Positions 46,841 through 56,454 of a stretch of DNA of 64,000 bases are shown piece by piece. The stretch spans positions 157,832 to 221,831 of the forward strand of contig DASYDW010000116.1 of the NCBI GenBank assembly GCA_036499395.1, in the 5' to 3' direction. A program made the translations under genes and the position numbers. The first letter of the stretch is position 1. Every line of letters begins with the position of its first letter. The DNA comes from Pirellulales bacterium. GTDB lineage: Bacteria; Planctomycetota; Planctomycetia; Pirellulales; JACPPG01. The notes beneath the pieces are model-generated. The model made no database searches. It saw nothing but the letters and a program-made list of their open reading frames with translations, and was not told the DNA's origin.

Positions 46841-49102
46841 CTACTCGGCCTGCAGTTGCTCGGTGACCTCGACCACACCGACGTCGACGTATTGCCCCCC
46901 GCCGGTCTGTTTGCAATGTACCGAGAGGATATTTTCGCCCGCCCGTAACGCCGCGCGCGCCTTCGGAGCAATCGGCAACAGTTGGTAATCGGTCGAATAG
47001 CCCGAGGCTTTGGCGGCCAGGACACCGTTGAGAAAGACCTCGACGTCTTCGTCGTGGTGCAGTCGCACAAAGACGTTCTCGCGATCGAAATCGCCGAGGG
47101 TAAATCGTCGTCGCAGCCAGATCTCAGCCGTGTTCCACACCGTGCCGACCACAGCGCCGGGCGTGTCGCTGGTGCCGAAGCCGCCCGGAGCCTCGCTCCA
47201 CTGTTTGTCGTCGAACTCGGGCAGCGCCCATTTCACGCCCGGCGTATTCAGCGTGTACAGCCAGTGCTGGGCCGAATGCTCCGAGGTCGGAACCAGCGTG
47301 CGAACGATTGGCGGCGGCAAATAAAGCCGCGCCGCGGCCGCCGCAGCGGCGTGCTCATCGACCTTGATGACGTCCCGATCGTAAGTCATCAGTCCGTTGA
47401 CCTCGATCTCGACGTCCGTGGTTTGTGTGTAGACCGCGGCGCTCAGGCCGGGATCGGCCACCAGCGGGCGCAGGCCATCCAGCAGCTTGAGATAGCCTTC
47501 GTTCAACTCATCCTTGGACGACAGGTTGCGATAGCCCCAGTTCTTTTCGTTTTGCCAGGTATGCCCCACCAGCGGCAGTCCCAGCCCACCGAATTCCCCC
47601 AGCACCGCGGCGCGATCGTCTTCGGCCGGCGGCGCTCCAGGGCCCGGATAGACGTGAATGTCATGCACGTCGCCGACTTGCATATCGTTCCAGCCGCTGG
47701 CGCCGCAAACCAGGCGCGAGGGGTCGAGTTCCTCGGTGTAGCGAGTCAACCGGGCTGTGTCGTACTGCCCCCACCCTTCGTTGAAGACAACCCACATCAC
47801 GATCGACGGATGATTGATGTGCGATTCGATCATCCGCTTCAACTCGGCTTCGAACTGTTGGGCCGAGTCGGCGGTCCGTTTCAATTCTCCCTTACCGGAT
47901 GCGACCGAACGGTCGCCGCTGGGCATGTCCTGCCAAACCAATAACCCCAGCTTGTCGCACCAGTAATACCAGCGGTCCGGCTCGACTTTGACGTGCTTGC
48001 GCACCATGTTGAAGCCGAGCCGTTTCGTGACCTCGAGGTCATAGAGTTGCGCGGCGTCACTGGGGGCTGTGTAAAGCCCGTCGGGCCAGAATCCCTGATC
48101 CAGCGGACCGTACTGAAACAGCGCGGTTCCATTCAGCAGGATGCGCATCGCCCCTTTCGCACTCTTGCCTATCGAGATATCGCGCATGCCGAAGTAGCTT
48201 TCCAGCGCGTCGCTTTCACGCTCAACGTTGCCGATCACCACTTTCAACCCATACAGGAACGGGTCGGCAGGGCTCCACGGGTGCGGGTCTGGCAGCGGAA
48301 GCTCGATCGTCTGGCCAATCGTCCCGGTGGCCGTCGCCACGGTATCTTCGCCGGAAAGTGCCGTCAGGCGGACGGGCATATCTTCGGCCTCGGGCGAGCC
48401 TTGGGCCGTGACTCTTACAACGCCGGCCTTCAGATCGGGCGTGATGCGCAGCGAAGTTACGTAAGCGTCCGAAACCGGTTCGATCCACACCGTCTGCCAG
48501 ATTCCGGTGGTCGAGGTGTACCAAATGCCGTGCGGCTTGCGCACCTGTTTGCCGCGCGGCTGCGTGCCGGCGTCACCGGGATCATACACGCCGACGATTA
48601 ATTCTTGCTCGCCCGTTCCATTTAGCGCCGTGGTGATATCGAAATCGAAGGGGTCGTAACCGCCACGGTGCGAGCCGAGCTTTTTGCCGTTCACCCACAC
48701 GGTTGTGTCCCAATCGACCGCGCCAAAATGCAACAAGACGTGCTTACCGGTCCATCCTTGCGGCACGGTAAACATCCGCCGGTACCAGACGCGTTCGGCA
48801 TCGCGCATCACGCCCGACAGTGCCGACTCGACCGGAAACGGGACCAGGATCTGCTGCGAAAGTTGCCTGCCGACGGGGGGCGCCGAATCACGTCCGGCAA
48901 CCGCGAATTGCCACAAGCCGTTCAGATTGTGCCACTGGCGGCGAACCATCTGCGGCCGGGGGTATTCGCTCCATACCTTGTCGGGGCGAACTTCCTTAGC
49001 AAAACGGGTCAACAGCGGGCCGGCAGCAGGCTGCCAGTCGGCGCCGCGTGCAAACGGCGCCAGGCCCACCAGGACCACAAACAATGCGAGACGAATAGAC
49101 AT
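46841..49102 (-). CDS. glycoside hydrolase family 2 protein
   Basis: Signal peptide. Sugar-binding-domain motifs NGLWQF, VWVNGKKLGSHRGGYDPFDFDIT. TIM-barrel acid/base context VVFNEGWGQ. Extra C-terminal jelly-roll. Confidence 0.85.
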   Translation of the reverse strand: MSIRLALFVVLVGLAPFARGADWQPAAGPLLTRFAKEVRPDKVWSEYPRPQMVRRQWHNLNGLWQFAVAGRDSAPPVGRQLSQQILVPFPVESALSGVMRDAERVWYRRMFTVPQGWTGKHVLLHFGAVDWDTTVWVNGKKLGSHRGGYDPFDFDITTALNGTGEQELIVGVYDPGDAGTQPRGKQVRKPHGIWYTSTTGIWQTVWIEPVSDAYVTSLRITPDLKAGVVRVTAQGSPEAEDMPVRLTALSGEDTVATATGTIGQTIELPLPDPHPWSPADPFLYGLKVVIGNVERESDALESYFGMRDISIGKSAKGAMRILLNGTALFQYGPLDQGFWPDGLYTAPSDAAQLYDLEVTKRLGFNMVRKHVKVEPDRWYYWCDKLGLLVWQDMPSGDRSVASGKGELKRTADSAQQFEAELKRMIESHINHPSIVMWVVFNEGWGQYDTARLTRYTEELDPSRLVCGASGWNDMQVGDVHDIHVYPGPGAPPAEDDRAAVLGEFGGLGLPLVGHTWQNEKNWGYRNLSSKDELNEGYLKLLDGLRPLVADPGLSAAVYTQTTDVEIEVNGLMTYDRDVIKVDEHAAAAAAARLYLPPPIVRTLVPTSEHSAQHWLYTLNTPGVKWALPEFDDKQWSEAPGGFGTSDTPGAVVGTVWNTAEIWLRRRFTLGDFDRENVFVRLHHDEDVEVFLNGVLAAKASGYSTDYQLLPIAPKARAALRAGENILSVHCKQTGGGQYVDVGVVEVTEQLQAE

Positions 49103-49208
49103 GCGGTCGGCTCCGCGGGAAGACGTGGTCCTGACAAAAGCATACGCCGCACGGTCCGGGATGACACCGCGGCGGGAGTCTTTAGGCTAGCCCAGCGGCG
49201 CGATGCAT

Positions 49209-50051
49209 TCAATCTGCCGGCCGGCGCCCGAGCAGTCCCCAGGCTGTTGTCAGGATCGCCGATACGGCCAGCGCCGCTGTGCCGGGCTCGGGCACGGGCG
49301 AAGAGAACGACAGCGTGACGTCGTAGTTGCTGCTCCCCAGCGGGTTGTCGGCGAAAATCAAGTCGACGTGGTCATTAAACACCTCGAACGAGGCCAGGTC
49401 GCGCCCCTCGTTTTTGACGAACGTCGCCGAGCTCAGGTCGACCGTGTTGGGCAGAAACGTCGTGGCGCCCGAATTCGACAAAGTGGGCTGCACGCTCGGA
49501 TCCCAGGCGACGCCGTTCAAAGACATCGAGGTCGGGGTGCCCCAGAAATAATGATCGAGCGTAGCGCCCGTGTTCGTAATCACGACGCGATCGCTGCCGT
49601 CGATCGTTCCTTGCACGTGCAATAGAGTTTGCGTGGTGGGCACCCGGGGCGGCTCTTTCGTCAACACGACCTGAAACGTATACAGGTCGTCGCCATTGGG
49701 CGTATCCGCCAGATGGATTTGCAGATCGTTGCCATCAATCTCGGCGGCAACCTGGTCACGACCAGCCGTCTGCACGACGTTGGCGCGGTAATCGCTCAGG
49801 TCGCTGGGGATGAAGGGGCTGCCAGCGTCCGAAAGCGTGGTGTTGGTCTGCGGGTCCCACGATTGCCCGTCGAAATCGACACCCGTGGGAAAGCCGAAAT
49901 ACGTGTGATCCCAAGTGGCCTGCGTGGGCGTGACGTCAATCGTGTCGCTGCCGTCGATGCGCCCCGAGAAGGTCAGCGTCACAGTGTCTGCGCTCGACAG
50001 GTTTGCTAAGAGCACGAGTGACGCGACCGACGGCAACAGAACACGATGCAT
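49209..50051 (-). CDS. PEP-CTERM exported protein with tandemly duplicated domain
   Basis: Signal peptide MHRVLLPSVASLVLLANLSSA. Two ~115-aa homologous units (DGSDTIDVTP...W DPQTNTTLS / DGSDRVVITN...WDPSVQPTLS). C-terminal VPEPGTAALAVSAILTTAWGLLGRR. Confidence 0.85.
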   Translation of the reverse strand: MHRVLLPSVASLVLLANLSSADTVTLTFSGRIDGSDTIDVTPTQATWDHTYFGFPTGVDFDGQSWDPQTNTTLSDAGSPFIPSDLSDYRANVVQTAGRDQVAAEIDGNDLQIHLADTPNGDDLYTFQVVLTKEPPRVPTTQTLLHVQGTIDGSDRVVITNTGATLDHYFWGTPTSMSLNGVAWDPSVQPTLSNSGATTFLPNTVDLSSATFVKNEGRDLASFEVFNDHVDLIFADNPLGSSNYDVTLSFSSPVPEPGTAALAVSAILTTAWGLLGRRPAD

Positions 50052-50276
50052 ATTTGCCCTTTGATTATGACGAGAATGCCAGCCGCCGGCGCGGCCAGAA
50101 TGCGGTGTCGATTATGCGATGCGAGTAAGCTTATTTCAACGACATCAAACCAGTCTCTGGGAAATCCTCGGCTGGACTCGTGATCGCTCGACTACTAACA
50201 TTCCCCATCTGCGGGGTGGCGATTTTATGAAATGAACATGATCCTCGAGAAATCTCCTCCGCCGTATTAGCATCTC

Positions 50277-51680
50277 ATGAGCTCGTCCACGCCGAAGAAT
50301 CGCCGCGATTGGGGCTTCATGGTGCGCAGCTTGCGCCATCGCAACTTTGCGTTGTTCTTCAGCGGGCAGCTCATCTCGCTCATCGGGACGTGGTTGAGCC
50401 TGGTGGCTACGAGCTGGCTCGTTTATCGGATGACGCGAGAAAGCCAGCCCGAGCACGCGGCGATGATGCTGGGAGTGGTGAATTTCGCCGCCCAGATTCC
50501 AATCTTTCTGCTGGCCCCGCTGGCCGGCGTGTGGCTCGACCGCTGGAACCGGCATCACGTGCTGCTGGCGACGCAAGTATTGTCGATGCTGCAATCGTTC
50601 GCGCTGGCGTTCTTGGTGCTGACCGATCGGACCACGCTGGGGCAGATCATCGCGCTCAACATTTTCCAAGGGATCGTCAATGCCCTGGATATCCCCACGC
50701 GGCAGGCGTTCCTGGTGCAGATGATCGACGAGCCCGAGGATTTGAGCAACGCTATCGCGCTCAACTCGTCGATGGTGCAGGCGGCGCGGTTGGTCGGCCC
50801 GGCTGTCGCAGGCTTCTTGATTTATGCGTTCGGCGAGGGGCTATGCTTTTTGATTGACGGTTTCAGCTTTCTGACCGTGCTGGCGGCGCTGTGGATGATG
50901 CGGATCGCCCCCCGACCGACCGTCCAAAAGCATATGCCAGTCACGGCCGCGCTGTGGCAGGGATTAGTTTACGCCTTCGGCTTTGCGCCGATCCGGGCAC
51001 TGCTGGCGATGGTGGCCGTGGTGAGCTTGATGGCGATGTCACAATCGGTGCTGATGCCGATCTACGCTAATCAGATCATGGGCGGAGGCGAGCGCACGCT
51101 GGGAGTCCTGCTCGGCAGCGCCGGCTTGGGAGCTCTGGCGGGCGCGATTTATCTGGCGTCGCGACGCAGCGTATTGGGACTAGGGCGCGTCATCGTTTAC
51201 GGATCGGTCGGGCTGGGCCTGGCCATGTTGACGCTGGCCTCGTCACGGCACATCGCCATCTCGATCGTTGCGTTGCTGGTCGCGGGAGCGTCTTTGCTGG
51301 TGCAAGCGGCTTCGAGCAACACGCTGTTGCAGACGATCGTCGACGAAGACAAGCGCGGCCGTGTGATGAGCCTGTTCGCCATGGCGTTCATGGGCATGGC
51401 CCCCTTCGGCAGCTTGCTGGCTGGAAGCGTGGCAACCGAAATCGGCATCCGCTGGACGCTGGCGATGGCCGGCGTAGTCTGCATCCTGGCGGGATTGGCG
51501 TTCGCCCTGCATCTGCGCGCGATTCGCCCCCTGATCCGGCCCATCTATATCGCCAAAGGAATCTTACCGGCCGTCGCCGCCGACCCCCAATTGCCAACCG
51601 ATATCCTGGCCGACGAACTGGCAGCGCTCGGCGAAGTAGGCACGGTGAGCGGGAAACAGTCCAAACAGCGAGGGACCTAG
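50277..51680 (+). CDS. MFS transporter (EntS/MFS_3-like)
   Basis: RHRNFALFFSGQLISLIGTW start and 12 hydrophobic segments, typical of the enterobactin-exporter-like MFS layout. Confidence 0.85.
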   Translation: MSSSTPKNRRDWGFMVRSLRHRNFALFFSGQLISLIGTWLSLVATSWLVYRMTRESQPEHAAMMLGVVNFAAQIPIFLLAPLAGVWLDRWNRHHVLLATQVLSMLQSFALAFLVLTDRTTLGQIIALNIFQGIVNALDIPTRQAFLVQMIDEPEDLSNAIALNSSMVQAARLVGPAVAGFLIYAFGEGLCFLIDGFSFLTVLAALWMMRIAPRPTVQKHMPVTAALWQGLVYAFGFAPIRALLAMVAVVSLMAMSQSVLMPIYANQIMGGGERTLGVLLGSAGLGALAGAIYLASRRSVLGLGRVIVYGSVGLGLAMLTLASSRHIAISIVALLVAGASLLVQAASSNTLLQTIVDEDKRGRVMSLFAMAFMGMAPFGSLLAGSVATEIGIRWTLAMAGVVCILAGLAFALHLRAIRPLIRPIYIAKGILPAVAADPQLPTDILADELAALGEVGTVSGKQSKQRGT

Positions 51681-51711
51681 AGCGCTTCACCAAAGCCGCT
51701 GCCCGGTGTCG

Positions 51712-52533
51712 TCAATCAATAAAGAAATCGGGCTGCAATTCCTGGCCGGGCTCGGTTGCGTATTGATCGAAATCGGTGACGCCGCGTTCGCGGAGCAGAT
51801 CTTCGTCGATGAAGAAATTGCCCGTACACTTCCGGCTGTCGCTGGACAGAATCGCATACGCCGCATCCGCCATGATCTCTGGCTTGCGACAATGCGGGCG
51901 GGCGTGCGGCGCGAGCAGATTCTCGACCGCGGCGGTCCAGATCACGGTGCGTGGCCAAAGGGCGTTGGCCGCAATTCCCTGCTCGGCCAATTCCGCAGAC
52001 ATGCCCAGCACGCACATGCTCATGCCGAACTTGCTCATGGTGTAGGCAACATGCCCGGCGAACCATTTGGCTTCCATGTTCAAGGGGGGCGCCAAGTTCA
52101 AGATGTGCGCGTTGTCGCTCTTGGCCAGATACGGAATACACTTCTGCGAGCAGAGAAAGGTGCCGCGGATGTTGACCTGATGCATCAGGTCGTACCGCTT
52201 CATCGGCGTGGCGGTCGTAGGAGTGAGTGAGATGGCACTAGCATTATTGACGAGCATGTCGATGCCGCCGAATTTCTTGACCGCCTGTTCGACGGCCTCG
52301 GCGACCTGCTCTTCCTGCCGGACGTCGACCTGCAGGGCCAGGGCCTGGCCGCCGGCCTCTTCGATTTCCTTGGCGGCCGTGAAGATGGTGCCAGCCAGTT
52401 TCGGATGCGGCTCAACCGTCTTGGCCGCGATCACGATGTTCGCGCCGTCGCGCGCGGCACGCAAGGCGATGGCCTTGCCGATGCCACGGCTGGCACCCGT
52501 GATGAACATGGTCTTACCGCGCAGACTGGGCAT
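51712..52533 (-). CDS. SDR family oxidoreductase (HSDL2-like)
   Basis: KTMFITGASRGIGKAIA, NNASA and YTMSKFGMS (YxxxK). Confidence 0.88.
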   Translation of the reverse strand: MPSLRGKTMFITGASRGIGKAIALRAARDGANIVIAAKTVEPHPKLAGTIFTAAKEIEEAGGQALALQVDVRQEEQVAEAVEQAVKKFGGIDMLVNNASAISLTPTTATPMKRYDLMHQVNIRGTFLCSQKCIPYLAKSDNAHILNLAPPLNMEAKWFAGHVAYTMSKFGMSMCVLGMSAELAEQGIAANALWPRTVIWTAAVENLLAPHARPHCRKPEIMADAAYAILSSDSRKCTGNFFIDEDLLRERGVTDFDQYATEPGQELQPDFFID

Positions 52534-52625
52534 GGGATGCTCCGCAATTCGAAATCGAGAAGAAGGAAAAATCGAGACGGGTCGGACGAGCGATCAAACC
52601 TCGGCGCTATCAATCTCCAGCGCCT

Positions 52626-53792
52626 TCAGTTCCCAGCATTGTCCGGGTTCCAAATCGTGGCCGCAATATAGCGGTCTGTTTTCGGCTGGTCGTGATAATA
52701 GTAAATCGTCACCACGCGGCCGTCCGGACGTTGCACGCTGCGCGGGTAGCCCACGTCGCGGCCACCGCCATCGTCGCGCAGGATAATCTCCTTACCCCAA
52801 GTGCGACCGCCGTCCTTGCTCAGCACGGCTCGCATGCCGTAAGGGGGCCGGCGGTAACCGTACGTCAGGCACACCCGCCCGTCCTGCAGGCGAAGCATGG
52901 CGCCGGGGTTGCCCTCGCCGGTGTCGGGAGCAGCGATGCCGGCAGACTGCCAACTGCCGCCGTCATCCAGCGAACGATACAGGTCGATCCATTTCTTGGG
53001 CCCCTCGTGATGACGCAGCGCTGTAAGTAGCTCGGCCGGACCGAGACGAATCGTCGAAGGCATGATCGAAAAGCCGGTCGGCTCTGGCCCAATCCACGAA
53101 ATGAAACGCCACGTCTTACCGCCATCCTTGGTGCGGGCACACAGCACGCGCCCTTCTTCACGATCCGCTTTTGCCGCCGTCAGGAACAGCAGGCAATCGT
53201 CTTTGCTGTTGACGATGTAGTCCGTGCGGGCCGCGATGTTGATTTCTGGATGGTCAACGAGCGCCAAGCGGAAAGGCCCCTGCCAGGTATGGCCTCGATC
53301 GGTCGAATAGTGAAAACGCGAAGGACCGACATCGGCGTCGGTCATGCGCAGCGTCATGGCAAAATCAGGATGCGTGAAGTCGATGCCACCGGGACAATCC
53401 TGCCACGGCTTTTCGACCAGGCCTGGCGGCGTCACGCCATGCAGCGCCTTGCCGACCGGGATCAGCACCCCCTGCTTGGCCGGATTCTCGATCTTCCAAG
53501 TGCGACCGCCATCGGTGCTGCGGGCGAGCAGGTGTTCCTCGGCCCGGTCATGGTCGATATTGTGCCGCTCGAATCCCAGGTCCTTGTAATAGCCGGCGCC
53601 GAAGCCGACCAGGATTTCGTCTCCCCACGACCAGATGCCATGATTGGCCGGCCAGCCGCCAAAGCGCCCCGGCACGCGGTAGACATCGAAGTTCTCGACT
53701 TCAATCGCCACCGACCGCTGCGATGATATCGCGACGAAGGCAAGCATTGCGAAAGGCAAAACCAAAAAACTACGACGCTTCATGATGTTCAT
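52626..53792 (-). CDS. BNR/Asp-box repeat beta-propeller protein (sialidase superfamily)
   Basis: Signal peptide MKRRSFLVLPFAMLAFVAISS. Five Asp-boxes (STDGGRTW, STDRGHTW, TKDGGKTW, SLDDGGSW, SKDGGRTW). YRVPG resembles the sialidase RIP motif. Start is 53792 or 53783. Confidence 0.78.
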   Translation of the reverse strand: MNIMKRRSFLVLPFAMLAFVAISSQRSVAIEVENFDVYRVPGRFGGWPANHGIWSWGDEILVGFGAGYYKDLGFERHNIDHDRAEEHLLARSTDGGRTWKIENPAKQGVLIPVGKALHGVTPPGLVEKPWQDCPGGIDFTHPDFAMTLRMTDADVGPSRFHYSTDRGHTWQGPFRLALVDHPEINIAARTDYIVNSKDDCLLFLTAAKADREEGRVLCARTKDGGKTWRFISWIGPEPTGFSIMPSTIRLGPAELLTALRHHEGPKKWIDLYRSLDDGGSWQSAGIAAPDTGEGNPGAMLRLQDGRVCLTYGYRRPPYGMRAVLSKDGGRTWGKEIILRDDGGGRDVGYPRSVQRPDGRVVTIYYYHDQPKTDRYIAATIWNPDNAGN

Positions 53793-53959
53793 CTCGATCG
53801 TGAGGCCCAGAGGCCAGTTCGTGAGGCGGTTTACCATTGAACGCGATAGTTTAAGCGAAGCCGCAATGAGTTGCGACGTATCCCGTACCGGACATGCTTA
53901 TTCCGCCCCGAACGGACGGAAAAAGCATGGCACCAGAGAATTCCGCGGGACAAACACCC

Positions 53960-55600
53960 TTATCGCAGGTACTTTTCCAGGTGCTTGACGAGTTCGGCGC
54001 CCTCGGCCGGCTGGCTGCGAAACCCGACATACCGATCGGGCCGGATGAGATACAGCGTGTCACGATGCACTCCGTACTGCTGCCGCAGTTCGCCGGCGCA
54101 TAAATAACCAGCGCCCTCGACCGCGCTCGGGCTGACGCGCGCCATGTCGCGCGGAGCGATGATATACGACCGTATTACAGAACCGAAGCGGGCCGTGACC
54201 TGCTGCTTGATCTGTCGCAAACCATCGAGTTCTCGGACAGCATCGCCTGAAACCAATAGCAGCACATGCTCGGTAGAGCGGAAAAGATCAAAGAGACGCG
54301 TGCCTTGACCGGTCGCGCGGTCGATCAATTCTGCGTCGGGCGCTCGATCACCTGCCTTCACTCCCCCACCAGAGTGAAACCAGTGAATCGCGTGGATCGT
54401 CGAATGTTCGCCGGTAATTGGTCCGCGCCGGTAATTGATCGAAAACTCAGACAGCGTGTTGCTGATCTCGCTCTGCACGAACTGCAACGAACCAAAGAGC
54501 CGATAAAGACTGTCGCGAACTGCCTGAGCCATCGGACTGCGCAGTGTGCCGGCCTTGGTCATGATCGTGGCGTTTTTCAACACACGACGTCCGACTTTGG
54601 TCCGTTCCTGCGAATAGCTATCCAGCAGCAAGTCCTTCCCCTGGCCATGCTGAACCAGGGCCAACTTCCAAGCCAGGTTATAGGCATCCTGCATGCCGGT
54701 GTTCATCCCCTGGCCACCGGCAGGACTATGAATGTGCGCAGCGTCTCCGGCTAGAAACACGCGACCGTGACGATATGCTTCGACCATCCGCTCGTTGATG
54801 CGAAAGCCGGCCAACCAAACAGGATCCGAAACTGTAAGGCCGCCCGGACCTCGCTCGTTGACGGTCTGCTGCACTTCTTCGAGCGTCGGATCCTGGGGCC
54901 GCCCGTCAGGCGTGGTCGTGCCGAGATCGGCAATGACGCGGAACCGGCCACCAACGATGGGAAAGAACGCCAGCACGCCCTGCTTATGAAAAAAGATGCT
55001 CAACTCATCGGCCGGTAAATCTCCCTCCAGATAAAGATCGGCCAGCATCCAGTCATTCGGTTCGGCCGCGCCTGAGAAAGTAATGCCAAGTCCGTGCCGA
55101 ACAGCACTGTGAGCACCATCGCAGCCAATGATCCAAGGCGTGTGAATTCGTTCTTCACTGCCGTCGGCATGACGCAAACGACTGCTGACACCCTGCTCAT
55201 CGGCCGAGTAACCGATGAGCTCGGTTTGCCGCTCAATCTGCACTCCCAGTCGCGCGGCGTGCTCGGCCAGCAGTCGTTCGGTGTCGCATTGCGGCAGCAT
55301 CAGAGCGTAGTTGTAAGGACTGTCCGCTTCGAACGAGACGTGTACCAGCTTTTCGCCGCCGCTGTACAGATTCGCACCGTGGGCTTGCAGTCCGGCGTCA
55401 ACGAACGGCCGAACAGCCCCCATCGTGTCGAGCATCTCCATGCTGCGACTCCATACGACGAGCGCCTTCGACTTGTCGGAAGCGGTCGAGGCCTTATCAA
55501 TCAGCCGACAGGTCAAGCCGTGCCGGGCCAACTCGGCCGCCATCGTCAGTCCCACCGGGCCGGCGCCCACGACCAAGGCATCAAGATTCTCGGCAGGCAT
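53960..55600 (-). CDS. FAD-dependent aromatic-ring monooxygenase (PheA/TfdB family)
   Basis: DALVVGAGPVGLTMAAELARHG (GxGxxG), GRVFLAGDAAHIHSPAGGQGMNTGMQDA, and a C-terminal thioredoxin-like dimerisation region. Confidence 0.88.
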   Translation of the reverse strand: MPAENLDALVVGAGPVGLTMAAELARHGLTCRLIDKASTASDKSKALVVWSRSMEMLDTMGAVRPFVDAGLQAHGANLYSGGEKLVHVSFEADSPYNYALMLPQCDTERLLAEHAARLGVQIERQTELIGYSADEQGVSSRLRHADGSEERIHTPWIIGCDGAHSAVRHGLGITFSGAAEPNDWMLADLYLEGDLPADELSIFFHKQGVLAFFPIVGGRFRVIADLGTTTPDGRPQDPTLEEVQQTVNERGPGGLTVSDPVWLAGFRINERMVEAYRHGRVFLAGDAAHIHSPAGGQGMNTGMQDAYNLAWKLALVQHGQGKDLLLDSYSQERTKVGRRVLKNATIMTKAGTLRSPMAQAVRDSLYRLFGSLQFVQSEISNTLSEFSINYRRGPITGEHSTIHAIHWFHSGGGVKAGDRAPDAELIDRATGQGTRLFDLFRSTEHVLLLVSGDAVRELDGLRQIKQQVTARFGSVIRSYIIAPRDMARVSPSAVEGAGYLCAGELRQQYGVHRDTLYLIRPDRYVGFRSQPAEGAELVKHLEKYLR

Positions 55601-55626
55601 CGAATGGCTCCTTCCAGGCAGTTGGG

Positions 55627-56376
55627 CTAGGGCTGCAAATGAATGACCGTACGATCATCGCCGCACAATGATGGTCGATGTTCGATCGTGATTTGCTCGT
55701 CAGCCGATAGGCCAATCGTTTGACCATCCAACAGCACCGGCCCACGATCGAGCAAATAATGCGCAAAATTATAGAGCCGATGGCTCAACTCATCCGGCGT
55801 CCAGTTGCAGTGCGAAACTTCAAGTTCCATTTGCTCGAACGCCGCCAGGCCGGTCGTGAAGCCAAACAGCGAGCCGTCCTCGTTGCGACCGAGGCGAATA
55901 CTGATCCACAGATACAGCGGCAAACGCTCGCGCGTCATTTCCGCAGCCAGTTTGCGAAAAGCAGCTGGCTCATGCACCAGCCCTGCCTCGGGCCAGTAGA
56001 TGCCGATCACCGACGGCAGTTCGCACAGTCCTGCCGCGGCCCGCGTCATGGTCATCCACATTTTCAGCCGATCGACGCGCATCGCGAATACTGTTACCAG
56101 CAAATGCGCCCGCTGCTTTTGCATCTTCGTAGCCGCTTCCGGCCAGAGCGGCGACGCAGCGACAGGCCCTGCGAGGTCCGCCCAGGGTATCGGCTTTGCT
56201 ACTAGGCCGACTGCTACGTTGTACCCATCCAACTCGAACGTTACCGCCTTATCGTTGCGATCAAGTCGACTGATTGCACCCCACTCTCCCTGTGCCGAGG
56301 CAAAGGCCCGCTGCACTTCGTCGGCAGTCGGCAAGCGCTCGTCCGCAATCGCGATCATTGTCAGCGCGAATTCCAT
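55627..56376 (-). CDS. hypothetical protein, possibly DUF4261-like
   Basis: 249 aa. The C-terminal FGFTTGLAAFEQMELEV resembles my recollection of the DUF4261 T.GL..FG..ElEv motif. This is a weak assignment. Confidence 0.5.
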   Translation of the reverse strand: MEFALTMIAIADERLPTADEVQRAFASAQGEWGAISRLDRNDKAVTFELDGYNVAVGLVAKPIPWADLAGPVAASPLWPEAATKMQKQRAHLLVTVFAMRVDRLKMWMTMTRAAAGLCELPSVIGIYWPEAGLVHEPAAFRKLAAEMTRERLPLYLWISIRLGRNEDGSLFGFTTGLAAFEQMELEVSHCNWTPDELSHRLYNFAHYLLDRGPVLLDGQTIGLSADEQITIEHRPSLCGDDRTVIHLQP

Positions 56377-56454
56377 AACATCCCGTTCGGATTTGCGACG
56401 AAAAAGTAACTCGCAATCTTACTGCCGTCTGCGCTCCGCCGACTGCCGACTGTC

